A DNA stretch of 64,000 bases, taken from contig MPNG01000001.1 in NCBI GenBank assembly GCA_002238905.1, positions 12,599-76,598 of the forward strand, read 5' to 3'. A program made the translations under genes and the position numbers. This stretch comes from Alphaproteobacteria bacterium bin98. GTDB lineage: Bacteria; Pseudomonadota; Alphaproteobacteria; Bin98. Shown piece after piece: positions 36,261 to 47,695 of this stretch. The number at the start of each line of letters is the position of its first letter. The stretch's first letter is position 1. Under the pieces are notes generated by a model, which saw nothing but the letters and a program-made list of their open reading frames with translations, was not told where the DNA came from and did no database searches.

Positions 36261-36476
36261 ATAGTGCAATATACTCAAACAGGTCATGTTCTTCAGTTAG
36301 TGGTCATTGAGGGAGATATCACCACTGACTAGATATTCATACTTTTCGTTAACCATCACCAACAACAAGAGTCTTATAGAAAACTAGAAATTCTTTACTA
36401 GGAATCCATCAAGATAGTGTATCTCAATTTTTAAGAATGTTTCTTTACATTAATGTGCGCTTTTTATAAGAGGAAG

Positions 36477-36553
36477 TGGTGGGCCTGGGAAGACTCGAAC
36501 TTCCGACCTCACGCTTATCAAGCGTGCGCTCTAACCGGCTGAGCTACAAGCCC
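36477..36553 (-). tRNA. tRNA-Ile (anticodon GAU), CCA encoded
   Basis: The reverse complement is GGGCTTGTAGCTCAGCCGGTTAGAGCGCACGCTTGATAAGCGTGAGGTCGGAAGTTCGAGTCTTCCCAGGCCCACCA. The acceptor stem is 7 bp, the anticodon loop is TTGATAA, and the T-arm is GGAAGTTCGAGTCTTCC. Confidence 0.95.
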
Positions 36554-36863
36554 ACATAGATATTCTATGAAATTATACTTATTTTATCAATGCCTAATTT
36601 TTTAATTAACACCCTTTTTCTAATCAAACATAATTGTTGAGTAAAAAATGAAGAGCATTATTTTGATTTTTCTTAATAGTATTAAGGGCAACTCGCTATC
36701 TTCTGGAGATGCGATTTGATAATATATTTTTTCATTTTAAAAAATATTTCTCTTGAGGAACGAAAGAATAAACTTTTTGTTAAACAATCATCTTTATATT
36801 GATTGCATTATTGTTTCAAACAATACAGTGTATAATATTCATAGTGATTTTATATAAAGAGCC

Positions 36864-38510
<1,647 letters not shown>

Positions 38511-38985
38511 TATTACAGTAATAGTCATAAATGTAAAAAAAAATAAGGTTTCACGCAATCTTTTCACTAGAGAGCCCTTTAGCATTGAACATGATTTAGA
38601 TGAAATACGTATGACTCCTTACGACACTTTAGACTGCTCCTAATAAGGAAGAATCTGGAATATCTCATTATTTTGACACATATTTTACACTTCTCACTAA
38701 TATTAGTTTTACTTGCTCTGACTGGATCAGGATTCCGTATCCTCTGTACATGCCATTCATGATCTATAATGCTGGCTTGCAGGCAGATCATCAACGTTAT
38801 TCGCACATCTTTTTTTGGAAGCGATATGGGTCTTCAACATAGCACGGCATTTGTCTTCGCAAGATCATCCCAGCATATGAAAGATAGAGTGTGCGAAAAA
38901 CAGGTCACATGAGAATAGAATTCATGGGCGTTTGGGTTGCAGAAAAAAAGAGAATATCAATATCATACAATTACAGAACATTTGT

Positions 38986-39591
38986 TCACATCCACCTTAC
39001 AACCCTTTGTTGGAGTGTATTGACCAAACATTGCCACTTATAATATTCGTCCTCAGCGTCTAATTTCTTTTCCTCACAATAATATTTCAAAGATAATAAG
39101 AGGGTAGAGTACACGCTACCACTGTCCAGAGAGACAGATGCACCTTTTGCTTCTAAAAGTAATCTCTCGAATTCTGTACTTGTAGTACAAAAAGCACAAA
39201 GGTACGTTAGTGGGTTAAGATGAAAATACCGAGCTCTGCAATCCACCATTGCTTGACGTCTCCTCTCATCATTTTCTAGCAACTTCTCTTTGTTGCAGAA
39301 CTGTGCAAGCATATCTTCTACTGGTGTTACGCAATCTTTCATTAATCGCTGAAAATCATTAGTGTGTATTGTCCCGCACGGTAAAGTTAAAGTAGAAAAA
39401 AAATCTTTCAAACCTGTTCTGCACTCATCAAAAGATCGTTGATCCATTTTCCATTTAAAATATCGCAACCCCATATCTTCTGCTGATTGAGTCCTAAATA
39501 GCATATATCTATACAATTCAGACTCAGAGTCCTTCCCGCTCTCTGTTCCATGAGAGTATGAGCATATCAAAAATATTAATATCAGTTTCAT
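38986..39591 (-). CDS. leader + LLSS-FC family secreted protein (subfamily K-like)
   Basis: Leader MKLILIFLICSYSHGTESG. Motifs FHLNPLTYLCAFCTTS, YSTLLLSLKYYCEEKKLDAEDEYYKWQ. Confidence 0.85.
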   Translation of the reverse strand: MKLILIFLICSYSHGTESGKDSESELYRYMLFRTQSAEDMGLRYFKWKMDQRSFDECRTGLKDFFSTLTLPCGTIHTNDFQRLMKDCVTPVEDMLAQFCNKEKLLENDERRRQAMVDCRARYFHLNPLTYLCAFCTTSTEFERLLLEAKGASVSLDSGSVYSTLLLSLKYYCEEKKLDAEDEYYKWQCLVNTLQQRVVRWM

Positions 39592-39681
39592 ATGGCTATA
39601 ATTTGATTTAAATCATCCTTAATAATATTACACGCCATCTTTTGCAAATTTCAAAATCAAAGTGCAGAATCACGATATAAC

Positions 39682-39711
39682 AAAAAAGAGCACTTTAAAG
39701 CGCTCTTTTTT
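39682..39711 (-). terminator. intrinsic terminator 3' of CDS 39726..41030
   Basis: aaaaaagagcac-tttaaa-gcgctctttttt: a GC-containing stem flanked by A/T runs, 15 nt after the stop. Confidence 0.7.
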
Positions 39712-39725
39712 GCATTCACTTTCAA

Positions 39726-41030
39726 TCATTTAAAAGGAGTTTCTGGAATAGCTATGATACGAAAACCAGGCAGATCGACTGTTGATAAGTCTCCTGGCAA
39801 CTCAAGCATTGTGCATCCAGGACCCTCTAATGAGTATTGCGCATAGTGAGAAAAAGGCTTATCTTCTCTGGGATCAACTCGAAAGTGACAGCCAGCAACA
39901 TACACATGTAGCTTATCACTGACATTTTCAACTTTGTAAACAAACATTTCTGTCCCTTTATAAGCGAGTATTGTGCCTGCCCTTAAATCTACTTCGTCAC
40001 CTTTCTGGCAGATCTCGAAAAGCTCTTTCTGAGTGCGGCGTACTGCAGAGTTTATAATGGTAGAGGCGAAAGAGCTTGAGTCATGAGATTGTCCTGTTAT
40101 ATAGGCTCCCAAACCTCCCATTTGAAATCCTCCGCCCAATACTTGAGGGCAGAACCAGTAGTCAAACCCAGAAACCTCATATTTTTGATAAAAAGACCCT
40201 TCCGAAGTATTGAAACCTGTCAGAATGTCTAGAGGAGTAGGCTGTCCTCGCAATCGAGATATTTGTACTGTACCTGGAAAATATTCTTCAGCAGCTTTTA
40301 TCATTCCATCCAGAGTGTTATTTCCACGTGTCATCATAATGTGAAAAAGATAGGCATGAGCAAAAGGCATAAATCCTTCATGAGGATTTGGTTTCTGCAT
40401 TTCATCTTGTTTTTGTGCTTTGGCATACCAAGCAAATCCATCCTCTGTGCAAGAGTTATATTGCCAAATATGCATCCACTCTTTTGCATAGTCGTGTACG
40501 ATTCTAGTAGCTTTGCTTAGAAGATCGGGTGCAATATTGTGATTCACTGGCAAGACATTTGGGATTTGATCGTAAAGTTTTGAGTGTTGTTGCGCTTTAT
40601 AAAGCATAGATGCTTGCACATAAAGGAAGCTTTTTTGCGCAGAAGGACTCCAACAGTTAGGAGGGCACGATTCAAAGAAACCTTGGGATTCTTGTACATC
40701 TTCTGAAGAATCACCTACTTGAATCACACCGTATGTTGCTATTTGCGCTAGGAAGAGCCTTTCAGGGTGCTTAGCAGGCATTGCCGCAAAAAATTTTGTT
40801 TGAATAATCATAGATGCTATTTCTTTTGATTTTTCTTTATCTGCATAATCCCCCCAATCTTTTACAAGTTGATCGCGACTCATGATCCTATTTTTTGCAA
40901 AATTTGCAAAATCAGGGAGATTCAAAGGAGAATCTGCAGGTAACACACACAAAGGAATTGTTTTAACTGCTGACTGCGCCGTCGGAACTAACGCAAAAAG
41001 TAATAGGAAATAAGTTATATTCATACTCAA
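39726..41030 (-). CDS. hypothetical secreted protein (non-family)
   Basis: 434-aa ORF. The signal peptide MSMNITYFLLLFALVPTAQSA looks ordinary and differs from the family leader. No family motifs. Function not recognised. Confidence 0.8.
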   Translation of the reverse strand: MSMNITYFLLLFALVPTAQSAVKTIPLCVLPADSPLNLPDFANFAKNRIMSRDQLVKDWGDYADKEKSKEIASMIIQTKFFAAMPAKHPERLFLAQIATYGVIQVGDSSEDVQESQGFFESCPPNCWSPSAQKSFLYVQASMLYKAQQHSKLYDQIPNVLPVNHNIAPDLLSKATRIVHDYAKEWMHIWQYNSCTEDGFAWYAKAQKQDEMQKPNPHEGFMPFAHAYLFHIMMTRGNNTLDGMIKAAEEYFPGTVQISRLRGQPTPLDILTGFNTSEGSFYQKYEVSGFDYWFCPQVLGGGFQMGGLGAYITGQSHDSSSFASTIINSAVRRTQKELFEICQKGDEVDLRAGTILAYKGTEMFVYKVENVSDKLHVYVAGCHFRVDPREDKPFSHYAQYSLEGPGCTMLELPGDLSTVDLPGFRIIAIPETPFK

Positions 41031-41201
41031 AATTATAACAAAAAAACTGAAAAATCACCTCACATGCCTTAAAATGATAAAAAAGTAATCATTCTGACAA
41101 AAAATAGATCATGACTTTGACAAAAGTCACATTTTCTGTTGCAAAAAAAGGATTATTGATTTATAATGTCTACATAAAATAATAATAAAAAATAGAATAA
41201 A

Positions 41202-41339
41202 ATGCGAAAAGTCAGATTGTTAATATTGGTGCTACTGCTCATTGTGATTAAAAAGGGGATATTAGATGGAGAGAATACTGTAAAAGTGGAAGAAAACAAC
41301 ACAAATGTTGTGAAACGCATTGTCAGTTATTTTGAATAA
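41202..41339 (+). CDS. possible 45-aa membrane-anchored peptide upstream of alr
   Basis: My translation is MRKVRLLILVLLLIVIKKGILDGENTVKVEENNTNVVKRIVSYFE-stop. It falls below the ORF-track size cut-off and has no further support. Confidence 0.25.
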   Translation: MRKVRLLILVLLLIVIKKGILDGENTVKVEENNTNVVKRIVSYFE

Positions 41340-41351
41340 CGCAGTATAATT

Positions 41352-42488
41352 TTGTCCAAAGAGCATATTTTTTCACTAAAAGATGACACAATATACTCAA
41401 GGAGATGCATTGTGCTAGAAGCCAATAGCCATGTTTTAATATCCAAGCAAAGTTTAAGAAGCAATTATCAATTTTTTGCTGATTATGTCTCTTCGGCTAA
41501 TGTTGCAGTGGTGTTGAAAAATAATGGATTTGGATATGGCTATGCAGAAATAACACCCGCACTCTATGCACAAGGCTGTAGGCGGTTTTACGTTGCAGAT
41601 GTAGAAGAAGCGCTCCGTATGCGGTCTTTTATGCCACATCAAGATGTTATTATAGCCCCCCTCTTTCCTCTAATTTCTCAAAACTCTCTTCACACTATGC
41701 GCAAGGCCGACCTTACCCCCTCCTTGAACAGCGTTGAAGATATTCAAACATACCTACGCTATGGGTGTGGAAAATCTTGTGTGGTGCGCGTAAGTTTTGG
41801 TCTCAATGTGGGTGTGCCTTATCAAAAAATTGCAGAATTAAAAGGTGAATTAGGCAAAATCAAGCAACTCACCGTTTTGGGGCACCTTCCTTTTGCAGAT
41901 GACAAAAATTCTTCTCATAACACAAATGCTCTAAAGGATATGATCGCACTGCGTCAACATTTGCCAGATGCGCGTTTTAGTTTGGCTTCTACAGCGGCAA
42001 TATTCCTTGGAAGTGAGTTTTTTATGGATGAAGCGCGTATAGGTGTGGGTTTGTTTGGTGCTGTTCATTTTTCTAACAACAATGCTGCAAAAAATGCGCA
42101 AGACAAAATTTCCTTTGCTTTAAAATTAAAAGCTTACACACGACATTCTTATTCTGTAAAAAAAGGTCAGATCCTTGGGTACGAAAGCATCGCAAAAGAA
42201 GATATGCAGATGGTGGTTGTGAGCTGTGGGTACGCAAATGGCCTTCCGATACAAAAAAGTAAAGAGCCACTCTCACTTCCATATCAAGGCAAATCTCTAA
42301 GATTAGTTCCAGAAACTCTCTCAATGTATAACGCATCTTTTGCTACTAACGATATTATTGCTTCTGGAGAAGAAGTCACTCTTCTAAAATCCTTTGAAGA
42401 TAGCATGCAATTTCGTCGTATAGAAAAAATCAACCACTCCGAATTGCTTCTGCGCATAAGCCGCGCCCACCAACAATTTATTCCGTAA
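41352..42488 (+). CDS. alr: alanine racemase (divergent)
   Basis: PLP-lysine region VVLKNNGFGYG (cf. canonical AVVKANAYGHG). ..ILGYES.. and VVVSCGYANGLP (cf. IPIGYADGY). The track start is TTG 41352. An in-frame GTG at 41412 follows AAGGAG and is an alternative start. Confidence 0.7.
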   Translation: MSKEHIFSLKDDTIYSRRCIVLEANSHVLISKQSLRSNYQFFADYVSSANVAVVLKNNGFGYGYAEITPALYAQGCRRFYVADVEEALRMRSFMPHQDVIIAPLFPLISQNSLHTMRKADLTPSLNSVEDIQTYLRYGCGKSCVVRVSFGLNVGVPYQKIAELKGELGKIKQLTVLGHLPFADDKNSSHNTNALKDMIALRQHLPDARFSLASTAAIFLGSEFFMDEARIGVGLFGAVHFSNNNAAKNAQDKISFALKLKAYTRHSYSVKKGQILGYESIAKEDMQMVVVSCGYANGLPIQKSKEPLSLPYQGKSLRLVPETLSMYNASFATNDIIASGEEVTLLKSFEDSMQFRRIEKINHSELLLRISRAHQQFIP

Positions 42489-42677
42489 ACACTATGTTTG
42501 TGTGAAGGACAGCTTCTTTGTCAATATGAGCATTTTTAATTCAACCGTGATTAATATCATGACTTTAAAAATAATGTAACGCTATCATGTCGTAATATTA
42601 TGATTTTCAATTTTCTTACATGATCATGGAGCGAAAAAAGTTTTTGAATCAGAAAATATATTAATCATATGGGTGAG

Positions 42678-43313
42678 TTAAACAAGCATAAAGATCAATT
42701 CGCTCAGCACAACATCACGAGCCTCGTATTCATACATGTGTGTGAGACGCCAAATATTATATTTTCGTTCAGCGACTTCCTTATTATCCGCACAGTAAGC
42801 TTGAAAAGCTGATAAGAGGAGCCAATACTGCTGCGTATATATTGGGTCTAGCGAAGAGAGATCTTTTTTATATCTTGCCTCTAAGAGTAGTGAGTGACCC
42901 CTCTCTCTCAATACTAAAAAAGCATAACAAAAGATCTTTGCATCAAGCTCAAAGTACACATCTAGGAGATTTTTCTCATAATTCACATCACCTGCTCTGA
43001 AGACATCCCTTTTTCAGAAGGCATCAAGTACATTTTCTATTTGCTCTGAGAAAGCCATTAATTCTTTAAGATTCCTTATATCAAAAAAATTTTGAGGGTT
43101 TAATATATCTTGACAGGTTTTCCTGCAGGTGAAACATTCTTGATTTTTTGCCACCTAATAGTGCGCATAGCTTGCTCCTGGATTATAATCCGTTCACTAA
43201 TTTTCTTGAGTCTGAGAAGATCAGCAGAATTCTCTAACGATATTGCGTCATCTGCTTCATGCGCCAGTGAATAGATTAAAAATAGTAAGATTAATTTGAT
43301 AAATGCATTTCAT
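42678..43313 (-). pseudogene. decayed subfamily K gene (paralog of 43379..44029)
   Basis: Only the C-terminal 102-aa ORF survives (..YWLLLSAFQAYCADNKEVAERKYNIWRL). Upstream the homologous sequence is frame-broken. The degenerate leader MKCIYQINLTIFNLFTGA-stop starts at ATG 43313. Confidence 0.75.
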
Positions 43314-43378
43314 AGAGAAACCGTATCACATCTTCATCATACCCTCAATCAATTTAAGAGTGGATGGGTTGAAAGGGC

Positions 43379-44029
43379 TTAGATTAGCTCCATGTTCTGC
43401 TGCATCACAAAATCACGAACCTTGTGTTCCTGTAGGTGTGTGAGACGCCAAATATTATATTTTCGTTCAGCGACTTCCTTATTATCATCAGAGTAAGCTT
43501 GAAAAGCTGATAAGAGGAGATGATACTGCTCCGCATATATTGGGTCTAGCGAGCAATCTTGCCTCAACATTATATAGCTTGCCTCTAATAATACTGCGCC
43601 ACACTTCTTTCTCAATACTAGAAAAGCATCATAGAAGGTCTTTGCATCAAGCTCAAAGAGCACATCTAAGAACTTTTGTGAAGAACCCACCTCCCCTGTT
43701 CTGAATATATTATTGCTTTTGCAGAAGGTGTCAAGCTTATTTTCTATGCGCTCTGAGAAAGCCATTAATGTTTCAAGATTGCTTATATCAAGAAAATTGT
43801 AAGGATTTAATATATCTTGACAGGCTTGCCTGCAAGTGAAACATTTTTGATTTTCTTTCCAGCGAACACAGCGCATATCTTGCCTCTCGATAGGCAAACA
43901 GCACTTGATTTCCCTTATTCTTTGAAAATCAGCATAATTCTCCAAATCGATTTCGGCACCTGCTCCATGCGCCAGTGAATAGATTAAAAATAATAAGATT
44001 AATGTCATGCTCATAAATGTACCTTTCAT
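43379..44029 (-). CDS. leader + LLSS-FC family secreted protein (subfamily K)
   Basis: Leader MKGTFMSMTLILLFLIYSLAHGAGAE. Motifs FELDAKTFYDAFLVLR, YHLLLSAFQAYSDDNKEVAERKYNIWRL. Confidence 0.85.
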   Translation of the reverse strand: MKGTFMSMTLILLFLIYSLAHGAGAEIDLENYADFQRIREIKCCLPIERQDMRCVRWKENQKCFTCRQACQDILNPYNFLDISNLETLMAFSERIENKLDTFCKSNNIFRTGEVGSSQKFLDVLFELDAKTFYDAFLVLRKKCGAVLLEASYIMLRQDCSLDPIYAEQYHLLLSAFQAYSDDNKEVAERKYNIWRLTHLQEHKVRDFVMQQNMELI

Positions 44030-44505
44030 AGAAAAATCATATCACATGTTCTTCATATCCTCACTTTGTCAATCAATACATTTAACAAAAGTATTATTTT
44101 TCTCATCACTCACATGATCTGTTGACAAAATGAAGTGACCAATTTGGAATTTGGATAGACAACTTCTAGCGGTTGGTGAGCCCAATCACAGTATTTTTTC
44201 TTATATTTCTCTTTATTTTTGTTTGAGAGATTTCATCAATGCCAACGAAGAATATAATGCTTTGTTAGCTCTTGTAATAGCATATAGAGATAGACCTCTA
44301 TTGCAATTTTGTACATTATTAAAAAATCAAAAATTTGAGAAGACTGTTTACACTTTTCCTCTAGAGAGAAAATCAGCTATTTCAACACACCTCCATGCCT
44401 CTTGAACGCAGTCTATGTTCGCAATCAAAAATTTATATAGTAAGGTACAGGTTTTGTGCTGACTATTTAGCGTATTCTCCCGCTTCAAGATTTTAGCCTA
44501 TTCTG

Positions 44506-45155
44506 CTAGGCATTATTAATCCACGTACTCTTCTTCCTTGAGCAAATCCTTAGTAACATTCCTTCGTGGAGGTGTATAAAACGACAAATATTAAACTTTC
44601 GTTCAGATTCATCTTGAATTTCTAAAGAGTAATTTCGAAGATCTGATAAGAGACTATGATACTCCTGAATGTATCTTAAGCCTTGCAGAGGAGGGCCGCT
44701 CTCGCATTGATATTCTCTCTCTAAGCATCGTAAATGCACATTTCCTCTCAAGAGTGAAAAAGCACAGAAGAAGGTTAATGCATTAAGTTCAAATCTCCTC
44801 TTTAGGGACTCTGACATATCAAAATACACAACATCCCAATCGCCTATTAGATCAATTTTGTGTCAGAATTCTGCAAGCATCATATTAAGAAAAACTGCAG
44901 GATCGAGATTCTTTTCAAAATATTCTCGGACAGAATCAAAACGTTGTTGATCTGAGGTCCAGTTAAAAGCGCGCATACCTCGCTCTTTAACTGTTAAACG
45001 AAGCAATGAATAAAACCTTTGTGCGTCAGCAACATCCTCAAGAGGATGGCTCTCTCTGAAAGACGGTTTGACATAAGTTAATGATGCTCCATGAGCTTTT
45101 GAATAGATAAAAATTAAAAAAACAATAACATAAATTTTTTTCTCAACATGAGCAT
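44506..45155 (-). pseudogene. subfamily K gene 'B' with two lesions (leader frameshift + in-frame TGA)
   Basis: The leader region reads ..MLLFF-stop. By my count the run is A7 at 45116-45122, versus A8 in the duplicate at 46429-46436. The body frame is open but has gaa ttc tga cac at ~44870. The C-terminal ORF 44506..44829 keeps FELNALTFFCAFSLLR..YHSLLSDLRNYSLEIQDESERKFNICRF. Confidence 0.7.
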
Positions 45156-45321
45156 TTTCAATGAAACCGTAATTAATATTATCACTTGAAAAAAATAATT
45201 TATAACGCTGACATGTCGAATATTATTATTTTTAATCTGTTTACATGCTCATGGCGCTAAAAAAGTTTTTGAACCAGATAGACTATATTAATCATCTTGA
45301 TGAATTAAGGGTCTTGGAAAC

Positions 45322-46098
45322 TCAGTGCGGCCCAGCTCTCCTCCGCATCACAGCATCACGAACATTAGGTCCCTCGAGGTATCTGAGACGCCAAATATTA
45401 TATTTTCGTTCAGCTTTTTCATGATTCTCCACACAGTAAGCTTCCATAGCTGATAAGAGGTCATGATACTGCTGGATGTATATTGGCGGAGACAAATATT
45501 GCTGAAATTCTGGCTGATCGTACAGACAGTAATTTTGAAAAGATAATAAGAGGTCGCGACACTCCGGCGTGTACGCTGAGTTTGACGGAGACAAATATTG
45601 CTGAGATAATTTTTTATATCTTTGCGCTGATAATACTGACGTAACATGGCCTCTCAACATTGCAAAAGCACAGAAGAAGCTGAATGCATTAAGCTCAAAG
45701 AGCTCATCTGTGACAATGTTCACAACAGACTTCATATCAGCATAAGCGATTAAATTATGGTGCTGGTTTTTCTTCAGAAGCTCTTCTAATTCCACTGAAA
45801 ATGCCATTAATTCTTCAAGATCGACCATCTCAATCCACTTCTGAGAATCGAGTATTTTTTTACAAGCTTCCCCGCAATTCCCAAAATGTTCTTGATTTTT
45901 TATCCTGTTGAGCTCCCGCACACCTTGCCTTTCTACTGACAGACGGTTGAGTGCAGTTATTCTTTGCGCATCAGCAAACTCCTCCAGAATGGTGGTGGGC
46001 TCTGCTCCATGCGCCAGTGAATAGATTAAAAATAATAAGATTAATGTCATGAATAAACCTCTAATACAAAGTTTATATCCTATTCTCAGCTTTATCAA
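45322..46098 (-). CDS. leader + LLSS-FC family secreted protein (subfamily K, duplicate 1)
   Basis: ..MTLILLFLIYSLAHGAEP (possible start at internal ATG 46050). Motifs FELNAFSFFCAFAMLR, YHDLLSAMEAYCVENHEKAERKYNIWRL. Confidence 0.85.
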   Translation of the reverse strand: MIKLRIGYKLCIRGLFMTLILLFLIYSLAHGAEPTTILEEFADAQRITALNRLSVERQGVRELNRIKNQEHFGNCGEACKKILDSQKWIEMVDLEELMAFSVELEELLKKNQHHNLIAYADMKSVVNIVTDELFELNAFSFFCAFAMLRGHVTSVLSAQRYKKLSQQYLSPSNSAYTPECRDLLLSFQNYCLYDQPEFQQYLSPPIYIQQYHDLLSAMEAYCVENHEKAERKYNIWRLRYLEGPNVRDAVMRRRAGPH

Positions 46099-46139
46099 TG
46101 AAGAAATTTAAAAAAATGATTGTTCCCCTCATGTTCACA

Positions 46140-46499
46140 TCATACCAACATTGGTTGTGAGAATTCCATTAATTTTTTAATACACTTTATATTAAGAAAA
46201 ACTGCAGGATCGAGATTCTTTTCAAAATATTCTCGGACAGAATCAAAACGTTGTTGATCTGAGGTCCAGTTAAAAGCGCGCATACCTCGCTCTTTAACTG
46301 TTAAACGAAGCAATGAATAAACCCTTTGTGCGTCAGCAACATCCTCAAGAGGATGGCGCTCTCTGATAAAACGGTTTGACATGACATAAGTTAATGATGC
46401 TCCATGAGCTTTTGAATAGATAAAAATTAAAAAAAACAATAACATAAACTTTTTTCTCAACATGAGCATTTTCAATGAAACCGTAATCAATATTATCAC
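46140..46499 (-). pseudogene. 5' half of gene 'B' (duplicate copy), truncated at the duplication junction
   Basis: ..MLLFFLIFIYSKAHGASLTY..KERGMRAFNWTSDQQRFDSVREYFEKNLDPAVFLNIKCIKKLMEFSQPMLV-stop. The leader is intact, but there is no mid or C-terminal family motif. The ORF ends inside sequence that is the 5' flank of 45322..46098. Confidence 0.7.
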
Positions 46500-46638
46500 T
46501 TGAAAAAAAATAATTTATAATGCTGACATGTCGTTAATATTATTATTTTTAATCTGTTTACATGCGCATGGAGCTAAAACAGTTTTTGAACCAGATAGAT
46601 TATATTAATCATCTTGATGAATTAAGGATCTTGGAAAC

Positions 46639-47415
46639 TCAGTACGGCGCTCTCTCCTTCACAGCAGCACAAACATTAGGTCCATTGAGGTATGTAAGAC
46701 GCCAAATATTATATTTTCGTTCAGCTTTTTCATGATTCCCCACACAGTAAGCTTCCATAGCTGATAAGAGGTCATGATACTGCTGGATGAGCATTTCTGG
46801 CGGAGACAAAGATTTCTTAGATTTTGGCCGCTCGTACAGACAGTAATTTTGAAAAGATAATAAGAGGTCGCGACACTCCGGCGTGTACACTGACTCTGAC
46901 GGAGACAAATATTGCAGAGATAATTTTTTATATCTTTGCGCTGATAATACTGACGTAACCTGGCCTCTCAACATTGCAAAAGCACAGAAGAATTTGAATA
47001 CATCAAGCTCAAAGTACTCATCTGTGACATTGATAACAACAGCCTTCATATCAGGACGAGTGATTAAATCAGTCTGCTGGTTTTGCTTCAGAAGCTCTTC
47101 TAATTCCACTGAAAATGCCATTAATTCTTCAAGATCGACCATCTCAATCCACTTCTGAGAATCGAGTATTTTTTTACAAGCTTCCCCGCAATTCCCAAAA
47201 TGTTCTTGATTTTTTATCCTGTTGAGCTCCCGCACACCTTGCCTTTCTCCTGACAGATGGTTGATTTCATTTATTCTTTGCGCATCAGCAAACTCCTCCA
47301 GAATGGTGGTGGGGGGCTCTGCTCCATGCGCCAGTGAATAGATTAAAAATAATAAGATTAATGTCATGAATAAACCTCTAATACAAAGTTTATATCCTAT
47401 TCTCAGCTTTATCAA
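46639..47415 (-). CDS. leader + LLSS-FC family secreted protein (subfamily K, duplicate 2)
   Basis: ..MTLILLFLIYSLAHGAEPP. Motifs FELDVFKFFCAFAMLR, YHDLLSAMEAYCVGNHEKAERKYNIWRL. Confidence 0.85.
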   Translation of the reverse strand: MIKLRIGYKLCIRGLFMTLILLFLIYSLAHGAEPPTTILEEFADAQRINEINHLSGERQGVRELNRIKNQEHFGNCGEACKKILDSQKWIEMVDLEELMAFSVELEELLKQNQQTDLITRPDMKAVVINVTDEYFELDVFKFFCAFAMLRGQVTSVLSAQRYKKLSLQYLSPSESVYTPECRDLLLSFQNYCLYERPKSKKSLSPPEMLIQQYHDLLSAMEAYCVGNHEKAERKYNIWRLTYLNGPNVCAAVKERAPY

Positions 47416-47695
47416 CGAAGAAATTTAAAAAAATGATTGTTCCCCTCATGTTCACATCATACCAACAAAGGTAGTAAGCACTCGGAATTTGATATCTTAT
47501 AAGGGCTGTTGAAACAAAGCATGACAAGTTGCATTGTGAGACGTTGCGCAATCTAAGAAGTCATAATAGAGAAATCTTAAAAAAAAGCGTGTGAGAATAT
47601 TGACAGATTCATATTATGTGAATGAGTTGTGTTGGTCCAAATTTGCTCTGCAAACACCATTTTTTCGTGCAAAGTACAATGATATAATACAAAAG

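Larger units (their letters stand above)
44850..47470. repeat. tandem segmental duplication, unit ~1317 bp (44.85-46.17 kb and 46.19-47.47 kb)
   Basis: CDS 45322..46098 and 46639..47415 are offset by exactly 1317 bp. Their flanks, including the 5' half of gene B, are near-identical by eye. Confidence 0.85.

Noticed and set aside
36261-36863. rRNA or a second tRNA (for example tRNA-Ala) next to tRNA-Ile.
   Set aside because: I could see no cloverleaf-compatible sequence or rRNA-like conserved block on either side. Only the single tRNA is supported.
44860-44880. In-frame TGA codons (about 44870 and at 61486, plus the TGA ending the 13132 leader ORF) as possible evidence for TGA=Trp recoding (genetic code 4).
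   Set aside because: dnaE, alr, rlmH and the MFS genes read full-length with the standard code and use TGG for Trp. Several genes terminate sensibly at TGA (for example 26658..27701).
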